A stretch of DNA of 35,566 nt from positions 1 through 35,566 of the forward strand of contig LSRY02000088.1 in NCBI GenBank assembly GCA_001643675.2, in the 5' to 3' direction. This DNA comes from Monocercomonoides exilis PA203 (lineage: Eukaryota; Protista; Preaxostyla). A program made the position numbers and the translations under genes. Shown here piece after piece: positions 10,301 to 23,700 of the stretch (the stretch's first letter is position 1; every line of letters starts with the position of its first letter). The notes under the pieces were generated by a model. The model saw only the letters and a program-made list of their open reading frames with translations. It was not told the DNA's origin and did no database searches.

Positions 10301-10427
10301 TGTTAGTGGGTGAACAATCCAACACTTGGCGAATTCTGCTTCGCAATGATAGGAAGAGCCGACATCGAAGAATCAAAAAGCAACGTCGCTATGAACGCTT
10401 GGCTGCCACAAGCCAGTTATCCCTATG
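9421..10427 (-). rRNA. 28S (LSU) rRNA 3' fragment (~1 kb), 5'-truncated in the peptidyl-transferase region
   Basis: The minus strand has AGGGATAACTGGCTTGTGGCAGCCAAGCGTTCATAGCGACGTTGCTTTTTGATTCTTCGATGTCGGCTCTTCC, the sarcin-ricin loop AGTACGAGAGGAACC (~10195-10209), GAACGCCTCTAAGTCAGAATC (10098-10118) and a terminal TAGACGA...ACGATTTACTGAG block. The 3' end is approximate. Confidence 0.96.
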
Positions 10428-13359
10428 TCCTGTCACACCAAAAGTTACAAAGGGGATAACTTCTTATATACAACTCTTGGGGTAGTTGTTGTATTATACG
10501 GATAATTTTCTATTAACAACACATTTGGTAGACTAGAAGGGATGCATAGATAGAATTGTTGTCTGACCTCTCTTTGGAAAGAAAAACATAATTTATATTT
10601 TGACTGTAAAATGACTGAAAAAACATTGAAAAATTCATATCTCCACAAATACTGCAGATATTAACCTGACATTATTTCTATAAACATATCTCTTCTTTAC
10701 TAACATATTGCGTATTTTTATTTGAAATGAAAATTCTGAGTTAAATTTATAAAAATTAATTATATCTCATTTTCTATGATAACCTGAGTGAAGAATAGTC
10801 AATTAATGTGAATATTTTGTAATTTTTCATATTTTTTCTGTGTTTTGGAATATCACCGATAATTCATAACTAAAATGTGGGTGAAAGGATTTGGCTCAAT
10901 TCCCCTTCTCCATCGAGATACACAATTTTTTGTGTTTCGAAATTCTGACAGATCCTTTAACAAAAATATTCGTTAAAAAAAAACCAAAAGTCCAAATAGA
11001 TCGAGTTTAAGTTAAATAGTGATATATCATTCATGTGATTATCAATTTCACGTAAAAAAAACAGGTCAAAAATGAAAATAAGTGAAAAAATTGATAATTC
11101 AAAGCGAACAGAAATGATCAGATAAAAAATGATTCATCTTTTCTCCAGAAACAAACTTATAATTTTTATAATAACCATCAATATATCCTGTGAAATCAAT
11201 GTGATATAATTGTGTTATCTTTCAATTTTCCAAAAAAGATTTTTTTGGGAAAAATTCTCTTTGTTTGGTATGTTTTGTCAATGTTTGAATAAATCCAATT
11301 TATCTTTACAACGCTTCCATTATTTCTTGATCTAACGTTGCTCATTGAAATCTATTTGACAGTTCTTGGTCTATAATTTATCAAAGTCATTTTTTCCTTC
11401 AATATTCTAGAATTAAAATCGTCAATAAGAAGAATAGCAAATTTTTTGATGTTTTTCTTTTCAACATGTAACAAATGGTCAAAAAGCCATACAATATCAT
11501 CTTCCACATTTTATAAAGAGTTAAATCCATGAAAACAAAATGTTTTGGTCATATATTTTTTTCTTGAAAAATGTGATCAAGTTACATACTAAATTTAATC
11601 ATTAAGTGAAAACAACTTCTCTGTTAATGAGACGATAACGTTTTGCTAATTTGTTGAATATCGGAGTAGTCAAATGCATGTTATTTACAACTACATTGAA
11701 TACAGCCAGTTTGAGTTCTTTTATTTGTGACTTTTTCTTATCATTCATTATTAGCCGATTTTGTTTGAATAATAGACATTTTTATTCCTCCTCAAATTTC
11801 AATCTGGAATATCTGGGTCATGTGAGACAATTATTCAACGCTAAAAATCATGGACATTTCGTTATAACTGCGTGAGAATTTTTTGATCAGGAATGTTTGC
11901 GTGATGCAAAAATTTCACTGTTGGACAATGAAAATGCGTATTTTGAATATACAATGTATGGTTATTTTTTCATGATTTTTTGGAGGTCGAACTTTACCTA
12001 TTCTGGAAAATATTGTATTTAGATAATTTTTATCATATAATGACGCGCAGACCGATTACTACCAGAATTCTCGGGAAATTTCATGAATATTATTGCTCAG
12101 GACAACTTAATTGTGCTTTATTTGCTATAAAAAACGGAAAGCAATTTCAACTATTCAAATTTGCTTATGAATGAAATTTTGATCAACTCGGAAAATAACT
12201 TTGACGCTGGTGCTCGGCCATTTCCCAGCCACTTGCTGTCATGCAGACTTTTCTGGATTCGATTAACGTATATACAAATAAAGTGTTCTTTATTTGGATT
12301 GAGGCTGCTGATTGTATAGTTATCTTTCGAAAAATGATGCAAAGTGTACTCTTCTGGAGGCGCGTAGACATCTAAGCTGAATGACATATGAACAAAGAAA
12401 ACTGCTAAAAAAGAAGTCTTTTGTATGTACAATCGTTTCTTCGTAAATTCTTCACAAATTTAGCCTCTTCCTGTTATCAATCGACATATCTGTACATTCA
12501 TACTCATCTAAAATTATCTTCTTAATTCCAATACATTTGCAACCTGCAATGAGAATTATTCTTCATTCTCCCGGGGAATTTTAAATCTGAAATGGAAGTG
12601 TTGCAAAAAAACGAAGGAAAATGAAGAGAAATGAAAACGAAGAATTAAAAACGAAGATATTTGAGGAATTGCAACTTTTTGCACAAGAAGCTTTCATATG
12701 TTCTGCAATTTCTGAACTTGAATAAAGGAAGAAAAAGGAAATGGACAGAAAGTACTACAAGCGCAACTTTAAAGAAGTTCGACAATTCATTCAACTACAG
12801 CATTGGTAGAAAGGCCTGTTGCTGTTTGACGGAGAAAATGAGTCATCGGCAATTTTTACGTTCATAAGAAAGCTTTTTCATGAATGTTAGACAGCTTTGA
12901 AAAAAGAAGTGAATAGTTTCTCATATGAAACTTCTCCAGGCTTGTGCGTTTTGATATTTGCTTGTGAATAATCATTTTATACAGCTGTCACTTTAAGATG
13001 TTTTGAATTTTCACGCTACACATGTTTTTGATAACAAAAAATTTCATTTTTAATTATGGAGTAAAAATAATCATTTTTATCAGAATTTCTTTAATACATT
13101 GATTTTGTTTTCACATAAAATGAGTCGCTATTGAAAATACACTTTTTTGAAGAAAATTTCAACGTAATTTCCAACAATCTTCAAAAGAATTATTGAATTT
13201 ACGTCAAGCTTTTTACAATATTTGATCAAATTTAAAAAGAAAATCGACATGTTTTCGCAAATGACGCATAATCATATCAATCAGATAATTTGACAGCACA
13301 TCTTTCGATATGTTTTGCTCAAAATTGAAATTTTATTCACTTTTCAAACATTAAGTCAA

Positions 13360-16300
13360 TTAATCCTTTGTATCCAAAACGAACCGAACAGTTCCCTGTT
13401 TTTTTTGTGATTTACTTTGATTTGTCGTATCGAAGGATTGCTGCATGAAATTAGATTGCAAAGAAGATGTTGTTTGATCCAATGATAACGATGCATCTCC
13501 ACTTTTCAAATCTTCGGAATGGTCATATTCTTTGTTATGTTTTTGACTCGAAGTTTTTAAGGGAATCGCCTGGTCATCTTGTTGGTCCTCACAAAATGAA
13601 GCATATTCTTTGTTCCACTCAGCTTCATCAATACCAGACACCGCTAATAAATGCATTTTCTCATCCATTCTGAACTTCAAATCCATTTCAAGCATGTCAA
13701 TGCGTTTCCTCATTTCTGCTTCTTTTTCTATTGATTCCTTGTTCAGTCTCTGTAATTTTGTTAAAAGTTCTTTTTTTTCTTTCTCCAGATGCGCAATAGA
13801 CACATGCAAATCTTCAATAAGCCTATTTGACTCAGCACCAAAAGTTTCGTTTCTGAACTTTTGTTTCTCGCTATGCTCAAGTTCCCATGCTCGTTCTCCT
13901 CTTTCTTCTTTCTTCTTTGTCCATTCATCCAATTCTGTGATTTCTGCACTCAATTCGCTCATCATTTTTCTCAGTTCATTGTTCTCTTTTTCCATTTGTT
14001 CTGCTCTTAATTCGCATTCTTTCTTTTCTGAAAGTGCTGATTCAAACTGCTCCAAAACACTGTCCAGCTGATTTTCAAGTTTGTTTATTGAAAGCAATTT
14101 TTTTTCCATATCATCCTTAAGTGAAGCTATTTCGTTTTTGAATTGCTTTTCTCTTTCTAAATAATCCTTTTGCTTTGCATTCCATTTCAATCGTTCGTGT
14201 TCTGCTTTTTGTTCCTTATCTTTGCATAATGCTAATTTCTTCTTGTTATTATCAATTTCTGCCCAAAGATGAGCTTCCCGATTTAAATATCCTGATTCAT
14301 TCTCTTTTGCCATATCTAATGAACTCTGCATCTCCACAATCAAAAGGCAATATTGGTCTATTTCATCTTTCAACTGTTTGTGTTGCATCTTCAACTTCTC
14401 ATAGTCCTTCAAAAGTGCTGCGTGGCGTTGATCAGAGAAACTCTGTGTTCTTTCCTCTGCATTGACTTCTTGAGGCAACATATTATTTTTAAACTCTGCC
14501 TGGGCACAATCACTTTCTTGAACTTTTGATGTTCGAAAAGATGGTAAAGGAGATGGTGAAGGCGTTGACAGAAAAGAAGATGATGTGCTTTTATTGTGTT
14601 GTTGATGTGCTTGCAATGAGTTAGAAGGAGAATGAAATGGTTGGCTAACTGGCAAGTGATGAAGAGAAGATAATCCGTCAGGAGTTAAAAGTTGCTGAGC
14701 AGAAGAAAGAAAAGAGGATGGAAGTGTTGGTGTCACTTCAGCAATTGTAATGCCAGGTGATTGTGCGCCTAAAGGCGACATTGAATGAAGGGGTGTGGTT
14801 GGCGTGTGTGGCGATGTAGATGGCTTCCCGGAAGTTGAAAGATGACCTGATGAAGGAGTTTGAGAATCGAAATGGAAGTTCGTTGAAAAAGAAGTCTGAG
14901 AAGAAGAAAGAGGTTGAGGCTTCATTAACGATGATGCATTTGATGGAGTATTTAAACACGAATGAGGCGAAACAGAAGTTAAAGGAATTGAATTAGCTGA
15001 ATCTCTGATTGAAGATGGTGAACAAGAGTTGGCATTGAATTTTTCAATCAAAAACTCGACAACATCAGGTAATGAAGCATTTTCGCGAGAAATGCCAATT
15101 TGTGCAATTTTGGACCAGGCTGTTTCAACTTCATGAAGAGCGCTTTCTTCTTTCGTAATTTTGTGAGAAGCTTTTTCGCATTTGTTTGTAATCTGCTTTT
15201 CTTTGCATTCATGTTCATCTATTGCATTGCCATTTGTTCCTTTTAATCCCTGTTTCAATTCAAACATTTCTTTTTCAATTGCTTCTCTGCGTTCGACTTC
15301 CCTTTCCAATTCGTCTTCAACGGATCTTAATTGCTCTGTGCTTTCTGATAAAGCCGAATTGAGTGTAACAAGTTCCGTTAAAGCGTCGTTATCAAACTGC
15401 AGTGTTGCTATGCGCGAGATAATATCTTCACGTTCTAAATTCTGAATAAAATTGGCTGTGTGAGATTCAAATGCGTCAGAGTTAAAATGAAAATTTGATA
15501 AAAGTGGTGAAACTTCTTCGTTTTGATGATGTAACTTTTTGGTATTTTCAGAATCAGTAGCGGCTTGATCTAATGCTAAAGACAAAGGAAAAGATTCTTG
15601 TAATTTCATATGGTCTGTTGATGTTGCAGGGGTGACGAAAATTTCTCCTTTTCCTATATCTTTATCAGTTATATTCGTATTCCAAATAATGGTAGAGTTA
15701 TTTTGTCGATATTTTGATTGATTGTTATTCTGATTTAATTCTTCCTTTGAAAAACTCAACCCCTTTTCCATCTGATGATTTTTAAATACATCTGAATTGC
15801 TCAAATTCTTGTTAAAAATACTGTCATTCATTTGCATGAACTTGGCATATTTATCTCTTTCTAAAATGCATTGTTGCAGTCTTTGCTCAGCATTTTCCAA
15901 TTCGCTTCGCATTTGAATTGTCACTCCAACAATGTCATTTATTGCAGCCTCTTTCTCATCGTTCTTTTCTTGCTTCCATCGAAAAATTGCTTCATACAAA
16001 TTCGGGATGGTCGTTTCATCGCGAGAATCATTACATTCGCAATCAAAAAGAAGATTTTTAATGAGCATTTCTTCTTTTAAACGAGTTTCTTTCTCCTTTT
16101 CAAGAGTTTGGATTTTCATTTCTTTTCTTCAAGTTCTTGCAAATGTCTATTACAAGTGAAATTCAATTTTCTTTCACTTTCAGCTTTTGACACTTCAAGT
16201 TCATGGAGAGTGTTGTTCAATTTTGAGACAATTCATTTGTCTGAGTTCGAAGGGAAACTTTTTCTTGTTCATCTTCATTTTTCTCTTGTTCAAAAGCTTT

Positions 16301-16598
16301 AATGAACTCTTCAAGCTTTCGTTTTCTTCCTGGAGCATTTGGATTGCATTTAGCATTTGTTTCTCATTAGTATTCATTTCAAAAATAATACTTTTTCACG
16401 ATTAAGTTTTTCTAATGCGTGCTGAAGTGTTTCAATGGTACCGCCATCACTATTTTTGCGTTCTTTTTGAACCTTTGAAAGCTTATTTGAAAGTGCAATA
16501 GATAATTTTTCATAATACACTTTTTCTGAAGTCATATCTCTCAAATCCTCCTGAAGCAGTTCAATTTGTTGATGAACATATAATTCACTATTTTCCAT
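13360..16598 (-). CDS. Large coiled-coil protein with a central Ser/Pro-rich low-complexity linker (function unknown)
   Basis: A 919-aa ORF (13360-16119) with E/K/L-rich heptad segments. The upstream ORF (MENSELYVHQQIELLQEDL..., ATG at 16598) has the same character and joins via apparent frameshifts at ~16120-16400. Confidence 0.8.
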
Positions 16599-16835
16599 CA
16601 ATCCAAACTTCGATTTAAATCGAAATCCAACAAAAACGCACAGAAAAAGAAATAATTTTTTAAACATTGATCTTCCCACTCTAAAAATGAAATATATCCA
16701 CAAAAATTTATGTGAAAATTAAAAGTAGAATATGTAGATTATAAAATAAGAAAATAATGAGAAATTAAAATTCAGCCAAATGTTAAATGAAATACACAAT
16801 TCCCTTCGAATAATCCACCTTTTGAAAAAACTAAT

Positions 16836-18430
16836 TTAAAATTCCAAAACGATTAATTTGAATAATACGATAAGCTTCCATTTGTTCTTCAATCTCAGAT
16901 GGCAAAACAACGTATCTGCATCCTTTCTCATCGGAGGATATCTTGAATACCTTTTGACCATTTTTATCTGTTCCTTGTTCGGTTGCTTTCCAACCTTCTG
17001 GGCATTCGATTTTGTATTTTTCTTTCCATTATCGATTCTCATCACAACTGTAATTACTCCATTTACATTTTTTGAACCATCATTAAAAGTGAATTTATGC
17101 TTGTATTCAATTTCTTTATTTAACGGCGAATCATCGATATTCATAAAGGGAAAAAGTGGAGTATGCATTAACGATGAAGATAATTCTCCAATAAGTGGAT
17201 CGTCAACAGGCATTGATGAATCCGCCATCATATCATTCTGAAAAAAAGATGAAGTTAACAATGAAAAAATTGATTCCTCAGGAGCAGCTATAGAAGATAA
17301 AGGATGATGGAATCGTTGAGAACGCTGTGCTAATAACGATTGAAATATATCTGTTAAATCATTAGCAGACGAAGAAGAAGAAAGCAAAGGATTATATAAC
17401 GATGAAGACAAAAATGAAGAGGAAGAAAATTGTGAATGATCATCATTTATGCCTAATTCAGATGATCTGCTTAACGTTTCAGATAATGAAACATATTTGT
17501 GTGTTCGTGCATCAGGGTCGATTGAAAGCTCAAGTTGAGCAAGTTTGCTGGCAAGAATCCCATACTCCTCATCGTAATAATTATCCTCACTTTCCAATTC
17601 ATATTGTCTAACTTTTTGATAAACTTGCTCGATTCCTTCTTTTGCTTTTTTTGAATAATTTTGAACACTGCCCTGACAATGTTCACTAGAATTACATGAA
17701 GCCACTGATCCAAAGACTTGAGTCTCTTGTGAAGTTGGTTCTCCATTCAATCTTTGATCTATTTTTTCATCAAATTTATCTAATATTGAATTGCCAGAAT
17801 CGTTAAAATCAGATGAAAAATGTGAACATAAACCTGAAACAGATTCTGATAGTAATCCGCTTTTTGATCCCTTTTCAACGCAAATATTCTGAGATAATAT
17901 GTTCTTATTGCTATTTGATTGATTATTGAATGAAGAATTAAAAATTTCATCAATGTTATGCTGAGAATTTGAAATCAGCGAATTAATTTCTTTATTAAAC
18001 TCTTTGTTCCTTTTAGATAATTCTGTTGAAATCCATTTATCGCTGCATTTTTCAAATATCACTTTTGTATTCAATTCATCCATCAATTGAAGAACTCCAT
18101 CGTATCCAATCTTATTATAAATTCTCTGCTCAATTGTTGATGTTTCCTCACCATTTGAATATGATCTGTAGTATTTTTCATCGTCATTAGGCTCATCAAG
18201 CTCTTGAATACTTAAAAAGAACGTCGTAACTCAGCTGCTTCGAATGGATGTAATTTAGATAACACTGTTTCTTGTTCCTGGATAAATGCTTCATCACTAT
18301 CATTTTCGTTTGTTCTTTACCAATTTATTGGATTCGGATGAAAATGCTGTATTTGCCTTATCGCTTATCTCCTTTTTTCATCATCATTTCCGATTTTCTC
18401 TCTTGAAATCAAATATAAAACGAAAAACAT
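16836..18430 (-). CDS. Hypothetical Ser/Asp-rich protein
   Basis: A 416-aa ORF (16836-18086). Coding-like sequence continues upstream through frameshifts to an ATG at 18430 (MFFVLYLISREK...). Both ends are uncertain. Confidence 0.7.
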
Positions 18431-19674
18431 TTTAATTCATTATTAATTTATTTTTATTCAAAATTAAAAATATCAACAATTATTTTTATCAAACTGTTCG
18501 AGCATTTCTGGAATCACAAAAAATAATGCATAAGGATCAAATGATTATATCAATTTTTATCCTTCCTCAGAAAAATGGACTGACACATCAATCTTCACAA
18601 AACGCAAAACGAATACGAATTCATTTCATAAACATTAATTGTATTTCAGAAATTACAATTTATAAAGCAAGATCAAAAATGAATTTTTCATGATGATGTT
18701 TAAATTCCGTCATTTAATGTTACATGACTGTGAATTTTACATAAAAGTTGGATTTGTAAGTCACTTGATTGTCATTAATGAGAGATCATATTATAAGTGT
18801 GTTTATAATTTGAATATTAAACCAGAAACAGTCGACTTTTTGAAAGTCTTCAAAATCTTTCTTGAAGCGTTCCTAAATCTGGTAATATTAATATATGTGA
18901 TTGGGCACGGATTGAACTGAAAGTTATTCAAATCTGAATCTATTCAATTACTCACATTATTTTCAATTTTTTTAAATTAGTTATTCAAAGATTATTTGAT
19001 TAATGTGTTTTTAAATTCTGTTTTATAATTAATGTTTTCAGAAGCTGAATTTTTGAAAACAAAAATTTCAGTTTTGTCAAATCTGAAATTACCGAAATGT
19101 TATTGTTTTGATTATTGTTATCGTTCATATTTTTCTTTTTGGTTTTATCATCATTATTCAACCACATTCTGTATTTTTTTAATATTTTTTAAAATAAATT
19201 GTTTGAGATATGGAAAATTAATTGTTTTTAATTGAAACGAAAATTAAATATTTTCAAGAATTTGGAAAGAATCAACAAAAAGTGTAATATTTTCTAAAAA
19301 GTATTTGAAATTCTCTTTCGTTTGAAATGGATTAAAAGTATTTTACATGAAGGAGTGTTTTGAAAATGGATTATATTCAATTATCAAGGTAAAACATATT
19401 GTATTTATCGCTATGACATATTCTTGGAAGCCAATTAAAAATTTTAATTTATTTTGATTTTAATTCCTTTTTGTCGATTTAAGTTTTGATAAGCAACATA
19501 AATTTGAAATGACCTGAGGAAAGACTCAAAAACAGTCTTCATTTATGATTTCATTAAGTTAATTTCATCTGCATAATTACAAATTTGATATTTTTCAAAG
19601 AATAGCAAATAATAGCTTTTGAGCAATTTTATATAATCAAAAATAAGAGTTTAGATCAAATCGCAAATCATAAG

Positions 19675-20440
19675 ATGGCATCACTCGTTACACAGACGGC
19701 AAAAGAGGGAGATTGGTAGGGTTTCATCATATGATAAATATTTGCATTTTTCTTTTTTGGAAGGGTCTGCTCGAGATGTTCTGCAATTAATTATTCAACA
19801 AGGTTAGAAGTAAATTATACAGTTGGTCGTAAGATCTATTAAATTTTTAATTAACACAGAGTTGTATGTTATAAATGCTATACTCCAAGATTGATAAAGC
19901 CTGTTTTATCGTTTGGTCATCAAGGTTTTTGTTTTTTGTATATTTCTTTCTAAAGTTGTTTGAATATTTTCATTTCATTTTTAAATATAAACGCGGATTA
20001 TTAGATTGGACATGTCCAGGTATGAGTCTCCAATTTTTCCGATTCTTGCTTTGTTAAAAACATGTAAAACGTTAATATTTTGAAATCACAAAATAATTGT
20101 TGATAGTTTGCAAATATTTAAATTATGCTACAAGAACGGTCTGTAAGCAATGTCAAACCTTAAGAAGAGAAAATTTTGATACATTCGCAACACCCCAATT
20201 CGGAGGATTTATGAGAGGAGTCAGAGGAGGATTTAGGGGACGATTAAGAGGCGATTTCAGAGGAGGAGTAAATAGTGGATATGTTAGAGGGGGATTTACG
20301 ACTAGAGGAGGTAGAGGCGGTTTTTCCAGTGGGACAGCAAATTTTTTAATGAAATGAGAGAAGGTGACTGGATTTGTCCAATTTGCAAAGGACACAATTA
20401 TAATAAAAGATCAGATTGCTTCAGATGTCATACCGCTTAA
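19675..20440 (+). CDS. RanBP2-type zinc finger (x3) and RGG-box RNA-binding protein, 4 short introns
   Basis: Splicing GT-AG introns 19716-19763, 19803-19859, 19925-20004 and 20020-20106 gives EGDWVCSRCSAINYSTRVVCYKC and QDWTCPVCKYLNYATRTVCKQC, then RGG repeats. After one indel near 20345 comes EGDWICPICKGHNYNKRSDCFRC and a TAA at 20438-20440. Confidence 0.9.
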
Positions 20441-20721
20441 AATTAAATTTATCTCATTTAAGTGATTTTATGGATTATTGAAATATCATTTATTTCTATT
20501 TATTTATTCCTTTTCACTTTTAAGGGAAAAAATTTCATGAAACGAACAATTATCTGAATCAAAAATCAAGCTTTTCATTTTTACTTGATTTAAAGAAACC
20601 TTAATTCTATTCCAATGAAAAGCAAAGGTTAATATTTTGATTTGAAGTTGACATTGTATTTGAAAAGAAATTTTTGGATACCCATTATAAATTTTATTAT
20701 ATAAAGTGTTGCTGGTTAATT

Positions 20722-23700
20722 ATGAATTTTATTTTAAAACAAGTTATCTTCGTAGTTTTATTCTTTGGCATATGCTTTAAAAGTGAAAATATATGCAGGA
20801 AAAACGAATATGTTAATCAAGAATCTTCTTCAAACATTTTTCATTCCAGTTTAAATAATTTTCCACAAACGTGCTTTAAGCCGATAAGTTTTGCTTCACA
20901 TTATTTGCAAAATTATATCTATAAGACAGAGCTCCATAGCGCTTCAGTTTTTGTTTGCAATGCGTCATTAATCTTGGTTTCGATGAAATTAGTCTATCTT
21001 TCCGAGCAAACTTCGCTGAATGTTGATTTAAGATCACATCTGAAAATTATACATTGTCATATGCATTTCGGTACAAAACAGTTTAGCATAGATTTACGCG
21101 ATGGATTTTTATATTGCAATAATATTTCTGTATCATGTTATTCATCAAGTAAATTCATGTTTCCGATTGTTTCCAGTCCAGAAGTCATTTCTCCAACTCA
21201 ACCAACTTGCTCAATTACTCTTTGTTCGTCAATGTTTTCCTCTTTAATTTTGAAAGGAGGTCCATTACTTTCGTCTTCAACTGTTTCATCTGTAGAATTA
21301 TTTCAAACAATCTTCATCAATTTTACAAATACAAATTTTCGTTCAGAAAAGCAACCACTTTGTTTTTGCAATTCTTTGATTTCGAGTTGTTCTTTTGTTT
21401 CCACTCAAAACGTTTTCTATGGCGGAATTGTTCGATCAATTAATAATGATTTGTCTTCATTAATTTCTTTCAACAATTCATATTCCAATTGCAGTAGGAC
21501 TTTGCAGCTCGATCAAAATTTGATGACTCGAAAAATTAATCCGACTTCTCAAACTTTTGATCACGATTTGTGGAACGAGACGTTTGCAGAAGGACAACAA
21601 TCGAATTGGAGCACTGTTGATTCCAATGGAGGAGCAATTTCGCTTTACGCTCAAAAGAATACAGAAATTACTGTAACAAACTGCAATTTTTTGAAATGTG
21701 GAGCAAAATCAAGCGGAGGTGCGCTGTTTTGTTCTGATGGGAAACAATTTATCGTTGAAAATTCAACATTTGACAGTTGCTTTGCTCAAACAGTGTATGG
21801 AGGTGCAGTTTTTATGCATACTTTTAATCATTGCGCAAGAGTAAGTGGTTGTTCTTTAGAAATTGCAGTTCTTATGGATACGGTGGTTCACTGTATTTGT
21901 ATTTATCTGATCTTGCAATGCTTGAATGTATTCCATTTATTTTTGAAGATAAAAATCAAATGTGTATGATTGTACATTCCATCGCAGTTCTGTATCTACT
22001 ACACATGGTGGTGCACTTTGTATTCCATGTGGAGTTCATCTTTGCTTAATTTGCAGCATCCGGTTTACTAATTGCTCCGCCAACTCTCATGGGGTGGATT
22101 AAGGTATCGATACGATCAAAATAGTGGCAACAATGTTAAAGTTGGATTTTTCTTTTTTCACAATTGTCAATGCTTAACGTCAAATGTTGATTCAGGAGGA
22201 CACGATGTATGGTTTGATTGCCAATTTCAAAAGCAAAGTGAATCTCCTCTTGTTTCATCTTTTTCTACAAATGTCAATAATCAAAGAATCTGCTATGGAG
22301 ATCCAGTTTTATCTTTTCCAATGGATTGGGTAAATAATGGAACTGTTGCAAGGTTTATTTCTCACGACGGAACGAATGAACCATTGAATTGTGGATTAAC
22401 AAAGGAAAGGCCATGCTTAACTATTGAGTATGCACTTTTATCATTAAGTGACGATATTTCTTGGAAGATCGTTCTCACTTCTGATATATCTCCATTGTCG
22501 CAAATATTTATTGGAAATAGAAATATTATTGTTGATCAAGAACCTGGCAATTCCTTTTCGATTAACTCTGCATCGCTTTCTTCACAAATTTCTTTATTTG
22601 ACATTTTTTCTGGTTCTTTGACAATTCTATCACTTTTCATTATTCATGATAATTTGGAAACTCCGTCTCCTTCTTTATTTACGATGAATTCGTTTGATTC
22701 AAATCTTTGTTTGGAAGGTGTAACAATAATGACTGAGAATAATTCTCATTCTTCTTTTTCCTCGCCTTTGTTTAATATCTTCTTGAGTAAAGTTTCCTTT
22801 ATATCAGTAACAATTAAACACTTCACCCTTTCATGCAGTTTATTCAACGAAATGCAATCTTCTCAAGTTATTGCTCAGACAGTTAGCAACATTACTTTTC
22901 AAAATATCACTTGCAAAAATGGAAATGGTTGCTTATATTCAAAAAATGTGATATCTCGAGAACATCTTGAAGTTTTAAATATAACTGCTGAAGAATGCAG
23001 TTGCTTAGATGGAGATGGAGGTTGCTTTTTCTTGTTAATTTCAGAAAATGGAAGACTAACAATTGGGTCAGCGCTGTGCTTATTTAATTCTTGCACAGTT
23101 TCTACTGATGATGAGAAGATGAGGAAAGGTGGTGCTATCTATCTTCGTCTGAGAGAAGGAGCTAGAGACTTCCAGCTCAAATCAGTTCAGTTTTCTGAGG
23201 TGGCTGGAAAGGGAAGAATGTTTTTATTGAAAGTGCAGAACTGCTCAGAACAGCAAACACAAACACAATTGGTTTTCATCCAGTGATTGGGATTGGCATC
23301 ACAGATTTTGATGAGCTGAGCGGGGTGGAAAATGGGGATCAATCATTTATTTTCCCGCTTGCTCTGTTTCTGAGGAACTTCACTTCTCCCGCTTATGTGT
23401 CTGGACAGAGCACTGATAACGACTATCGTCTTTGCGGATACAGCGACTATCCGTGTCAGAGTGTAGAAGGCGCTTCAGCTGCGCGATTTGCAAACACAAA
23501 GAGAAATATTCGCTTTCTGCCTTCCTTCTCCTTCCGAACAGAAACACTCCTCAACAGTCAATCGTATGGATTTGATGCTGAAGAAGACAGCATGTCCATC
23601 AATGTTGGCTCCTCGCAAGCGAAAGTGAGTGAGGGGCTTGATCAATTCTGTGGAGACAAGTTTCTCCAGAACGTTTGTACTCAGCCTTTGAATGGAGGAG

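Noticed and set aside
10425-11000. Group I intron (L2449/L2437) interrupting the LSU
   Set aside because: The break does not fall at either insertion position, no P7 core is recognisable, and no upstream LSU exon exists in the window.
11970-12130. Polinton-type DNA polymerase B remnant (FFGGRT, LLPEF peptides)
   Set aside because: Only short peptide resemblances, with no DxxSLYP or YxDTDS motif, so this is unsupported.
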